From: a virus
Virus record (IMG/VR): IMGVR_UViG_3300023444_000001
Location: 1 to 64,000 of that record
Length of the DNA: 64,000 nucleotides
Direction: 5' to 3' (one strand)
Part shown: one piece after another, positions 9,508-17,943 of the stretch
How positions within the stretch are numbered: position 1 is the stretch's first letter
How the letters are laid out: every line of letters begins with the position of its first letter
Translations under genes and position numbers: made by a program
The notes under the pieces: model-generated
Told to the model about the DNA's origin: nothing
The model's input: only the letters and a program-made list of their open reading frames with translations
Database searches by the model: none

Positions 9508-10392
9508 TTAAGCAGACTCCATCAATACAGCATTATTTGCCTCAATCAACCCTGTACCCCAAATAGCGTACCAAGCCAAAGCGTGCTCCCTACCAAAATC
9601 AGTAACACCATTATCCCTCAACTCTACTGGAAGTCCTTGAGCCCATGCCAAACAATAATCACCAAACATAACTGCTTCATAAACAAGAACCGTACTCTGA
9701 ACCGTAGTCATCATAGTTGTTGAAACAAACCGAACATCCTCATATCTTCCAACTTCGCCAGTAAACAACTGACCTGGAGCACCATAAGAAGAAGCAGAAA
9801 TCCAATCAGGATCATCTCTCAAACTCCTCAACTGATGAGGATGAGCAAAACAAATATAAAAATCCCCATTAAACTTTGGGGCATCTGCTGATTCCAAATC
9901 TTCAACTGCATCTTTAATCAAATCTGTATCAAAAGTATTTGCCGCAGTCAAACTCGCCATATCCGCTACATTGTCAGCATACCGAGTATTTCCTGCTCCA
10001 TTTATTACAGCAGTCTGAAGTTGAGTATCAAGAACTTTAGCCATATTTCTACCAAGCAATTTTGCCGCTTCGGACAAAACATCATGAGTAGCCGTCTGAA
10101 GCAAATACTCTGAAACAGCCGTAGCCTTACCTTGCTCTGCCACAGTTATACTAACCGTAGTTGCAGCCAGAGCATCATAAGTCATCTGAACACCTTCAGT
10201 AAGAGCACCACCTCCTGCAAGATCAGAATACTTCGTAAACTGAATAGTCTGCCCAGGAGTTTTTCCAAGTTCAGTTTTCTCTTGAGCAAACTGGGCAAAC
10301 TTCAATACCGGCATTGCAGCGTAAAAAATCTCCTTACTATATACCGTCTGCAATACTTCCGGCAAATTAGTTGTCGTAGTAAGCGTAGACAT
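9508..10392 (-). CDS. Major capsid protein (N4-gp56-like family)
   Basis: KTELGKTPGQTIQF, LTEGV, HPHQLRSLRDDPDW, GEVGRYEDVRFV, DFGREHALAWY; follows the scaffold gene. Confidence 0.92.
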   Translation of the reverse strand: MSTLTTTTNLPEVLQTVYSKEIFYAAMPVLKFAQFAQEKTELGKTPGQTIQFTKYSDLAGGGALTEGVQMTYDALAATTVSITVAEQGKATAVSEYLLQTATHDVLSEAAKLLGRNMAKVLDTQLQTAVINGAGNTRYADNVADMASLTAANTFDTDLIKDAVEDLESADAPKFNGDFYICFAHPHQLRSLRDDPDWISASSYGAPGQLFTGEVGRYEDVRFVSTTMMTTVQSTVLVYEAVMFGDYCLAWAQGLPVELRDNGVTDFGREHALAWYAIWGTGLIEANNAVLMESA

Positions 10393-10418
10393 TTATTCTC
10401 CTCCATTCAAAGGAGACC

Positions 10419-11207
10419 CTACTTTAGACCAAAACTCCTTTTAGGAGGTTTAGCCCCAATAACCTTCCAAATCTCGCTACGACTTTTTTCATACTCTTCT
10501 GGAGACATATTCTTTATTGCTTCCGCAGTAAATTCCGGAATTTCTACTCTTTCCGTTCGACTAATTACTCCAAAAGTCTTCTCTGGACCTGGACTTACAC
10601 TCTCTATATTTGAGTTTGTAGAGCCTCTCTTTTCCTCTAAAAGTACCTCTTTTCTAATACTTTCGTAAGCCATTTTAGCCTTATCAATACTCTCATCAAT
10701 TTCTTCTTTACTATTTCCCCCCACCAATTCTGGGACAAGTTTTCCTTCTGCTTTATTAAGTTTTTCCAATCTATATGCCTTTAATTCTGATTCATGTACT
10801 GCTTGATTAAGAGCCTCAATATTAGCAGTCAATTCTTCTATCTTCTTCATTGTAGCCTTATCTTTCTTTTGCTTCAACCGTTCTAATTTTTCCTTTTCAG
10901 AAAGTTTTTCACTTTCCAATTGCTCTACTGTTTCTGACAACTCTGATAATTTATCATTTAACTCCTTAATTTTCTTATCCCTTTCTTTTATTTTTTCTCG
11001 TTCTCTCTCTAAAGATTTATACATTTTAGCCTTTTCAGTTGCTCTTACTTCCTCCCTAATATTTCTTATTTCCTCCAGTATTTCTGGAGATTTCAACAAA
11101 TCCTTATTTTTTACTTGCAATTCTTCATCATTTGCTTCCTCTTTATTTTCAATAGAAGGTTCTACTTCAGTTGAACTTACTTCTTTAATATCATCTTCTT
11201 TTTCCAT
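10419..11207 (-). CDS. Capsid scaffolding protein
   Basis: Acidic coiled-coil with IKNMSPEEYEKSR near the C-terminus; directly upstream of MCP. Confidence 0.8.
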   Translation of the reverse strand: MEKEDDIKEVSSTEVEPSIENKEEANDEELQVKNKDLLKSPEILEEIRNIREEVRATEKAKMYKSLEREREKIKERDKKIKELNDKLSELSETVEQLESEKLSEKEKLERLKQKKDKATMKKIEELTANIEALNQAVHESELKAYRLEKLNKAEGKLVPELVGGNSKEEIDESIDKAKMAYESIRKEVLLEEKRGSTNSNIESVSPGPEKTFGVISRTERVEIPEFTAEAIKNMSPEEYEKSRSEIWKVIGAKPPKRSFGLK

Positions 11208-11221
11208 TTTCTCTCCCTATC

Positions 11222-11401
11222 TCACCTTACAGTTTTTGTATCATAAGCCGGATTAGGACCGGGTCTTCCTGATGCAACCTTACCAGACTTCCTCATAGCC
11301 TTACTATAAGCAAAAGTCATAACTGAACCACGCATCGCTCCACCAAGATTAGGCCAAGGGCCTTTTCGAGATGGACCTTGAGTCTGATTCCTTGTAGCCA
11401 T
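11222..11401 (-). CDS. 59-aa basic protein (below the ORF-track cutoff)
   Basis: MATRNQTQGPSRKGPWPNLGGAMRGSVMTFAYSKAMRKSGKVASGRPGPNPAYDTKTVR; strong AAAGGAGGTG RBS. Confidence 0.7.
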   Translation of the reverse strand: MATRNQTQGPSRKGPWPNLGGAMRGSVMTFAYSKAMRKSGKVASGRPGPNPAYDTKTVR

Positions 11402-11435
11402 TCTTTAACACCTCCTTTCAAACCAATTTATTCTA

Positions 11436-11465
11436 AATATAACTACACATCAAAACATTTGTCAA
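11436..11465 (-). promoter_or_regulatory. Sigma70-like promoter for the capsid operon
   Basis: TTGACA-N18-TATATT on the minus strand in an intergenic gap. Confidence 0.55.
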
Positions 11466-11471
11466 GTATTT

Positions 11472-14400
11472 CTACCAAACTATTCTATCTTCAACCTTTG
11501 GTTTTCCTGGAGCACCATGTGTTTCAATCCCAGTTATATAACTTGTACGAGTTGTATCCGAATAATTTCCAAACGTATTATAAGCAAAAACTGTAAAAGA
11601 ATAAATAGTCTTAATATCTAATCCAGTAACTACAATCTGAGTATCTGCTTTTGCAACAGATGATTCTGGAGGAGCAATTCCAGTAGTATCCATTATACCC
11701 CAAACAGGAATTGTTCCTTGTTTATATCTTACAACATACCCAGCAATATCTGCTGAATCTCCTTGACTAAAAATCAAATTGACTGAACTTGATCCTACTT
11801 CTAAAGTATCTACATTTGTAACTGGATCAGGATAAACCCTATTCAATGTTTGCTCTGTAGCATAAGCCCCACCATTAGACCCGGTTGTATCAGCATACTG
11901 CATCAATGAATCAAAAGGAAAAACTGATACAGAATAATACTGTCCAGCCAATAATCCATTTATCGTCATTGTAGTATCTACCCGAGACAATGAAGAATCT
12001 ACTATTACCGTTCCTGAATCTTTTGAAGGTGGATACTGTTCAAACCCCACTTTATATCTTCCAGCATATCCCTTCAAATCAGAATCTTGATTTCTCTTAA
12101 ATATCACATCAAGACTCGTCTCTGTTGCATTTATTAACTGAACTCCTTGAGCCGGATTTGGAGGCCAATTTCCATGCGTATTAACTGTTACTGATGATCT
12201 CCCCAATGAATCAGCAACAGAATAATTCTGATTTTCATCAAAAGCAAATACTGATACTGAATATGTACTTGCAGAATCCAACCCAGTAATCACTAAACTT
12301 GTATCACTTCTGCTCAATGATGAATCTTGAGCAACAACTCCTTGACTCCTTGAAGTAGGTGCCGTAGAACCCTGCAAATATGTTGCAACATATCCTGCAA
12401 TATCAAGTGAGTCCCCTTTATTCCAAACCAAATCTATACTTGTAAATCCAACAGATGTTGTATCAACACCTAAAACATTATCTGGAGCCAAACTATCCCC
12501 TTTAGAAAAATAAACTACTAATTCAGGTCTTTTTGCCTGATCTAAATACTCGCTCGATGCAAAAGCATGACTATCTGGAGATTTATGCACATCCCACAAT
12601 TGTACATTCAAAAAATCTATTGGAACCGTCTGGCCTTTAATAACCTTTCTCATCAATGCTGTAACATCAAACTTATACTCCCCATAAGAACTCAAATAAA
12701 TTGAATCTATTGCTGACCCTCTACCACCCCCAGAATCCCATTTAATAGTATTCCCCATAGGAGATGCCCATGTAGCCAAACTATCCACCCACGAGTCTAT
12801 ACAAGCGTATAACACTATTGTATCCTGCCCTCCAGATACAAAATTATACTTCACAAAACTTGAATCTATTATATCATAAGGATGCACCAAACCAGAAAGA
12901 TCAAATTGACTGTAACCATATCTCCAAAAAGTTGAATCTGGTCCAGGATCATTTTTTACCAATATTGTCGCATTTCTTCCATAATTAGTATTCCTATCAC
13001 TTCCATCCTTTGTAAAAGTATCAAATGTTCTCCCCTTATAATCTGAACTACCTCTTTCTCCAACCGTAAAAGAAGAGTAAGACAATTCAAGAGTTGTAGA
13101 ATCTGCCCATGATCCAGAGCCTAAATTTGAATAATTATTGCTTTCATCAAAAGCAAAAACAGAAACCGAATAATTTTCCGAAGAATTTAATCCATTTATT
13201 CTAAATGTTGTATCTAATCTTGAACTTGTAGTTCCCCAAAGTTGTCCAGACTGATAATTTACTGGAGCATTATTTAACCCAACATTTGCTTTAATCATAT
13301 ACCCCGCAATATCAAGAGAATCCCCTTTATTCCAATGAAGCCTCATCCATGTTGTACCAACAGAATCTATTGAAACCCCTCCTACCATATCAGGAGGTAA
13401 AACATCTCCTACTGGAGCCAAACCATACAAAAAATAACTATCTCTAAAAGGTATTTTCAAACTATCATTAACAATAGAATAATCATTATGTGCTGAATCA
13501 CTCCAAACATAAGCAATATGATCTGTAATTCTTGCCGCTTGAATTTTTCTATAGGTAGAATCTGGCCCTGGAACATCAACTTTAACCGTATCCTGCTCAC
13601 GTAGATTAACTCCAACCCATCCATGCTCAAATACTCTTTGATAACCAATAAATCCCAGGGAATCTCCTGCTGTCTTTGATGGAATCAACTCTACATTATC
13701 TATCCAAATTGATCGAGATTCATTATTTCTTAAAATTGGAGTTATTCCAAATTCAACCTGTACATTTGTCAATAAACCTGAAGTCCTATTTGTATCTATT
13801 TCAACTGGAATATAAACTGTTCTCCACATTTTAGGAATATGAACACAATCTACTCTATATAAAGTTCTATTTGAATGTATTCTAACTCCAATCAATTTGG
13901 AATCAATAGATCGAGCATCAAACTTCAAAGTATACTCCGCTTGATTATTCAAAGAAAAAGTATTTGATCCAACTGCAAAATCATAAAAATCATTCTCTGG
14001 AACATTTATATTTCCATCTCTCCTATTAACATTTATCTGAATTTTCATAGCCCCAGAACCTGATTTAACCACATCTGTAACCCTTGAAATAGAAATTGAA
14101 TCAGAAGGCACTCCAGAACCTGATACAGACCATCCACTTAAATTTACATCAAATGTTCCATTCGTAATCTTATTCTCTTTTGAAAAATTTAACAATAAAG
14201 GTCGCCATTTATCTACAGGTTGTCCTAACCACCATCTATTAGGCCCAACACTATCTGGATTTGTAGAAATACCATTTGAATCAACAAAATACTCATCTCC
14301 CCAAACTGCATGAGGTTTTGCGTATTTCATTTTAGTCATTCCATTCCCACCAAATATTGTCATCAACCCAAGATTGAATCTTTCACTTCTAATTGCATCC

Positions 14401-15908
14401 TTTTCATTTGATGCAGATACTAATTGTGGTAAGTAATTATTGCTATATGAGGCATATCTATATCTTTTTGCTTGAGTCAATTCAAGCAAATTATCTAAAT
14501 CATCTCTATAATTACCTGCCCACCTACCATTAGTTAAATCCCAGGGGCTACCACCCCAACCAATCTCAGCCAAATTCATAATTTGAACTAAACTATCTTC
14601 TATTCCCATAAAAGACATACCTCTTGCATTTACAGACAAATAAATTAAACTATCATTTTGACTTTGAAACATACTTGCCGCCCTAATCAATGCAGAATCA
14701 CTTGATTCTCCCTTTTTCCCCACATGATTATAAAAATACGTATCATAATTAACTCCAGCACAAAGCAAAGTATTTCTCGAAGATAAAACTTTTTCAATAG
14801 TATTTATCTCAAGAGATGCCTTCAATTCATAAGGCCATACACCATGAATTGCTCCATCTCCTTCAAGTCCTTTTAACAAAATACCTTCCCAAGAAGAATA
14901 AACTCTTCCTCCTTGTTCTGCAGAACTCTGCAAATAATATACTGTGCTTCCATTAGGCCATGATGTAGCCGGATAAGAACCATTTTGCCAAGACCTTATA
15001 ACATACAATGAATCATTTCCAGTTCCCGAATTATCCCAAACTTTATCAACTCTACACCATTCATTTTTTTTAATTTGAATAAACGGACGATGAGAACCAT
15101 AAGTAATTCCATCTCCTCCATCAGGTGGAGGAAACATACTTGCATCATTTACCTTCAAAAATCTTCCACTACCTGATGCTCTCATTAAAACTGTACTATC
15201 ATTATATAAATATTCAATTGTATCCGGAACTGAAAATAACAAAGACTGAATAGAATCCGCCACAACAGTACCTATTGTATCTTGATATACTGGAGCAGTT
15301 AATCTAAGATTCATTAGTTGTATATCTGAATGTAATACTTCAATAAAATCTGGATTATAAATACTCAAAGAATCTAATCTATCACGTTTCTCTTGAACAT
15401 TTGACGTACCAGAACCGCCCAATTCTGTATCCCCATCCCATCCTATATCCAACCTTGCAACACGTTTAATTGTGTCCCCCATAAAATAACTCATGTTCAA
15501 TCCATTAAAAGTATATCCAACTTTTGGATATTCATAATCAAATCCCTGAATATACAAAGAATCTGTTCCAACTCTTGACCAAATACCAGAAGACTTCTTA
15601 AAAAGACTAAACCAAATAAAATCTTCTTCCGGCATTACTTTAGCCACAATAACAGTATCACTACTTGTAAATACTCTTGGAGGCAAAATTTTTACCCCAA
15701 TCGTGTCAAAATCAGGGTAACTCAACATATCATATGTAACTTTCAAACTATCCCCAGAACCCAACCCAATCCATCTAATGCCTATTGTATCTGGAACAGT
15801 CAATTTTTGTTGACTTTTGAGCCATACATCAAACGTTTGAGAAAAAATACTGGTTGAACTACAAACCAAAAATCCCATTACCAAATATACAATGTATAGT
15901 CTTTTCAT
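11472..15908 (-). CDS. Giant secreted multidomain protein: signal peptide, putative glycoside-hydrolase-like region, CBM4-like domain, DNRLRE-like domain, four FN3 domains
   Basis: Signal peptide MKRLYIVYLVMGFLVCSSTSIFS. LGQP...YQRVFEHGWVGVN. NGTFDVNLSGW...WIDNVEL. DTF...NTNYG...FDLS...FASSE...RPELVV. Four P-D/N...L-x-W/F...D-x-x-GY...YS-x-SVF repeats. Confidence 0.8.
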   Translation of the reverse strand: MKRLYIVYLVMGFLVCSSTSIFSQTFDVWLKSQQKLTVPDTIGIRWIGLGSGDSLKVTYDMLSYPDFDTIGVKILPPRVFTSSDTVIVAKVMPEEDFIWFSLFKKSSGIWSRVGTDSLYIQGFDYEYPKVGYTFNGLNMSYFMGDTIKRVARLDIGWDGDTELGGSGTSNVQEKRDRLDSLSIYNPDFIEVLHSDIQLMNLRLTAPVYQDTIGTVVADSIQSLLFSVPDTIEYLYNDSTVLMRASGSGRFLKVNDASMFPPPDGGDGITYGSHRPFIQIKKNEWCRVDKVWDNSGTGNDSLYVIRSWQNGSYPATSWPNGSTVYYLQSSAEQGGRVYSSWEGILLKGLEGDGAIHGVWPYELKASLEINTIEKVLSSRNTLLCAGVNYDTYFYNHVGKKGESSDSALIRAASMFQSQNDSLIYLSVNARGMSFMGIEDSLVQIMNLAEIGWGGSPWDLTNGRWAGNYRDDLDNLLELTQAKRYRYASYSNNYLPQLVSASNEKDAIRSERFNLGLMTIFGGNGMTKMKYAKPHAVWGDEYFVDSNGISTNPDSVGPNRWWLGQPVDKWRPLLLNFSKENKITNGTFDVNLSGWSVSGSGVPSDSISISRVTDVVKSGSGAMKIQINVNRRDGNINVPENDFYDFAVGSNTFSLNNQAEYTLKFDARSIDSKLIGVRIHSNRTLYRVDCVHIPKMWRTVYIPVEIDTNRTSGLLTNVQVEFGITPILRNNESRSIWIDNVELIPSKTAGDSLGFIGYQRVFEHGWVGVNLREQDTVKVDVPGPDSTYRKIQAARITDHIAYVWSDSAHNDYSIVNDSLKIPFRDSYFLYGLAPVGDVLPPDMVGGVSIDSVGTTWMRLHWNKGDSLDIAGYMIKANVGLNNAPVNYQSGQLWGTTSSRLDTTFRINGLNSSENYSVSVFAFDESNNYSNLGSGSWADSTTLELSYSSFTVGERGSSDYKGRTFDTFTKDGSDRNTNYGRNATILVKNDPGPDSTFWRYGYSQFDLSGLVHPYDIIDSSFVKYNFVSGGQDTIVLYACIDSWVDSLATWASPMGNTIKWDSGGGRGSAIDSIYLSSYGEYKFDVTALMRKVIKGQTVPIDFLNVQLWDVHKSPDSHAFASSEYLDQAKRPELVVYFSKGDSLAPDNVLGVDTTSVGFTSIDLVWNKGDSLDIAGYVATYLQGSTAPTSRSQGVVAQDSSLSRSDTSLVITGLDSASTYSVSVFAFDENQNYSVADSLGRSSVTVNTHGNWPPNPAQGVQLINATETSLDVIFKRNQDSDLKGYAGRYKVGFEQYPPSKDSGTVIVDSSLSRVDTTMTINGLLAGQYYSVSVFPFDSLMQYADTTGSNGGAYATEQTLNRVYPDPVTNVDTLEVGSSSVNLIFSQGDSADIAGYVVRYKQGTIPVWGIMDTTGIAPPESSVAKADTQIVVTGLDIKTIYSFTVFAYNTFGNYSDTTRTSYITGIETHGAPGKPKVEDRIVW

Positions 15909-17134
15909 TGACTCTTGCCTTTCATCCTTAACATTGTATTCTTAATATCCTCAAAATTCTTTGCCTTCGTTGATATACTCAATTCATCTACAACTCCATC
16001 CCAAGGATAATTTATTACTCCAGATGTATTCTTAATTGCTCCAATCCAAACTTTCATTGAATCAGCAATATTCCATCCTGTAATTCCAGAAGGAATGGCC
16101 GGACTTAAAACATTAGAACTATCTTTTATCACACCATTTATGTACAATTTTATTTCAGACAAAGAATCTGAATATACAGAAGCAATATAATACCATTTAT
16201 TTACCTGCAATTTATTTTTTGCTGATAAAATTGTATTTGTTCCCGCAGTATCAATATATCCTACCTTAAACAATGAATCTGACCCATCAACATAAAATCC
16301 CCAAAATCCCTTCATTCCATAAGTAGAACAAACCATCATTGTATCGGAAGATACTGCTGTTTCCGGTTTAATCAGCATTTCAACAGTCTTTGCTACCAAA
16401 GAACTATCAGCATTTTTTTCTGCTAATTGAGTTGAACCGTCAAAATCTAAACCTCCAACCCTCCCATTCAAAGCAGTCTTATAATAAGGAGAAACCTTTG
16501 TAATTATACTATCACCAAAAGAAGTCTCTGAATATAATGTCTGATTAAATTTCCAAAGAAAAACTGTATTTGAATCAGGATCAAGAGTTCTATTTGTATA
16601 ACCCATTCTATTAAAAATCTCATACAAATCAGACCAATCTACCTTCCTATCTCCCGTAATATCATAAATTGAATACCCTGAATTATTCCAATGTTCTGCA
16701 ATCAAATTCAAATCAACACCATTTACAATACCATCTTCATTTACATCCCCTCTCAATCCAACAAACCTTGTACTGTCCACAGATAAACAAGATTCAACCA
16801 AAGGATTATTTTTCAAATATCGTCCAATCCGAATATAATACCTAAAAGATGAATCCCATAGTGCAAACGAAAGATGAACGATCCCATTTGAATCTGGACT
16901 TACATACCCAAGGTCTATAGTATCTGGATATAAGCCAATTACACTCCCCAAATAAACTTTATAAGACATTGAATCCGAAACAACTTGACTTGAATCTATT
17001 GTACAATTTCCTGAATCAGCATAAACTGTATTTCCATCCAAAATGCTAACTGAAACAACTTTATTCTCATGGGTTATACCTTTGGAATAAAGTAAAAAGA
17101 AAAGCAAAATCAAACAAGAAATAACCTTTTTCAT
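15905..17134 (-). CDS. Secreted dockerin-like plus LamG protein
   Basis: Signal peptide. Duplicated Ca-binding motifs GDVNEDGIVNGVDL and DITGDRKVDWSDL. LamG signature LDFDG...TVEMLIKP...WYYIASVY...LYING...IG...WDGVVDEL. Confidence 0.8.
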   Translation of the reverse strand: MKKVISCLILLFFLLYSKGITHENKVVSVSILDGNTVYADSGNCTIDSSQVVSDSMSYKVYLGSVIGLYPDTIDLGYVSPDSNGIVHLSFALWDSSFRYYIRIGRYLKNNPLVESCLSVDSTRFVGLRGDVNEDGIVNGVDLNLIAEHWNNSGYSIYDITGDRKVDWSDLYEIFNRMGYTNRTLDPDSNTVFLWKFNQTLYSETSFGDSIITKVSPYYKTALNGRVGGLDFDGSTQLAEKNADSSLVAKTVEMLIKPETAVSSDTMMVCSTYGMKGFWGFYVDGSDSLFKVGYIDTAGTNTILSAKNKLQVNKWYYIASVYSDSLSEIKLYINGVIKDSSNVLSPAIPSGITGWNIADSMKVWIGAIKNTSGVINYPWDGVVDELSISTKAKNFEDIKNTMLRMKGKSQ

Positions 17135-17575
17135 CTATACAACCTTAACTCTATATTGAGAAAATGAACCTTTTTCATTGATAGGGCTTAATCCATCTCC
17201 TTGTATAATTCTAAAAATTCCATCTGTAATCCAAATCCATGCTACTCCTGTAACAAGAGCATTAAAATAAAGACTAAACAAACTGCCCGAACCATTTATG
17301 CCTTTTCTTGATCCTAATCGTGAATACCCAAAAGCAATTTTTCCTATATCTCCTTCAATATACCCCATATCTAAAGCAGTTTCAATATTACCAAAATTAT
17401 CCAAAAATCCACCTTTTTCAACTACAGGAGATAAATCAGGATAACTTGTAGAACTTTTAACTTGAACTTTAGATGTATCACTTATGCGAATAGTACCTGC
17501 TACACCATGAAGTTCCCTTACTCCATGAACAATAAAATTTATCTTAAAATCATTTCCAACCAATACTTTACTCAT
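17135..17575 (-). CDS. Cohesin-like domain protein
   Basis: 146 aa beta-sandwich pattern VGNDFKINF...GGFL...GKIAFGYSR...GINGSGSLFSLYFNALVTG, next to a dockerin gene. Confidence 0.65.
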   Translation of the reverse strand: MSKVLVGNDFKINFIVHGVRELHGVAGTIRISDTSKVQVKSSTSYPDLSPVVEKGGFLDNFGNIETALDMGYIEGDIGKIAFGYSRLGSRKGINGSGSLFSLYFNALVTGVAWIWITDGIFRIIQGDGLSPINEKGSFSQYRVKVV

Positions 17576-17922
17576 TACAAATTCTCTAAAATCTCTGTTC
17601 CTCCAAGAGACCGCAACTTTTGAGCCTTAACCATTTCTAATTCTAAAAGTAATTTATTCTCTTCAAAAAGCAAACTTTCAAATTCATTTCCCGCAGAATA
17701 TACATCTACAAGACTATCTCTATTATTTATATTTACTCGATCTAATGCTTTCCCATATTGTTTTTCCGCATTTTTTCTCTTCTTTTCCACTTCTTCCAGT
17801 ATAAATTTAATCCTATGTTCTTCCACAATAGCATCTCTTGCTAAATCAGCCCTTTGAAACAAAAGTGCAGTATATTTTTTCCACATCTCATCAATAGTTA
17901 TCTTCGGAGACAAATTACTCAA
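17575..17922 (-). CDS. Coiled-coil hypothetical protein
   Basis: TTG start with GGAGG RBS; TAATG overlap with the cohesin gene. Confidence 0.6.
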   Translation of the reverse strand: MSNLSPKITIDEMWKKYTALLFQRADLARDAIVEEHRIKFILEEVEKKRKNAEKQYGKALDRVNINNRDSLVDVYSAGNEFESLLFEENKLLLELEMVKAQKLRSLGGTEILENL

Positions 17923-17943
17923 TATATCCTCCCTGGCACATAT

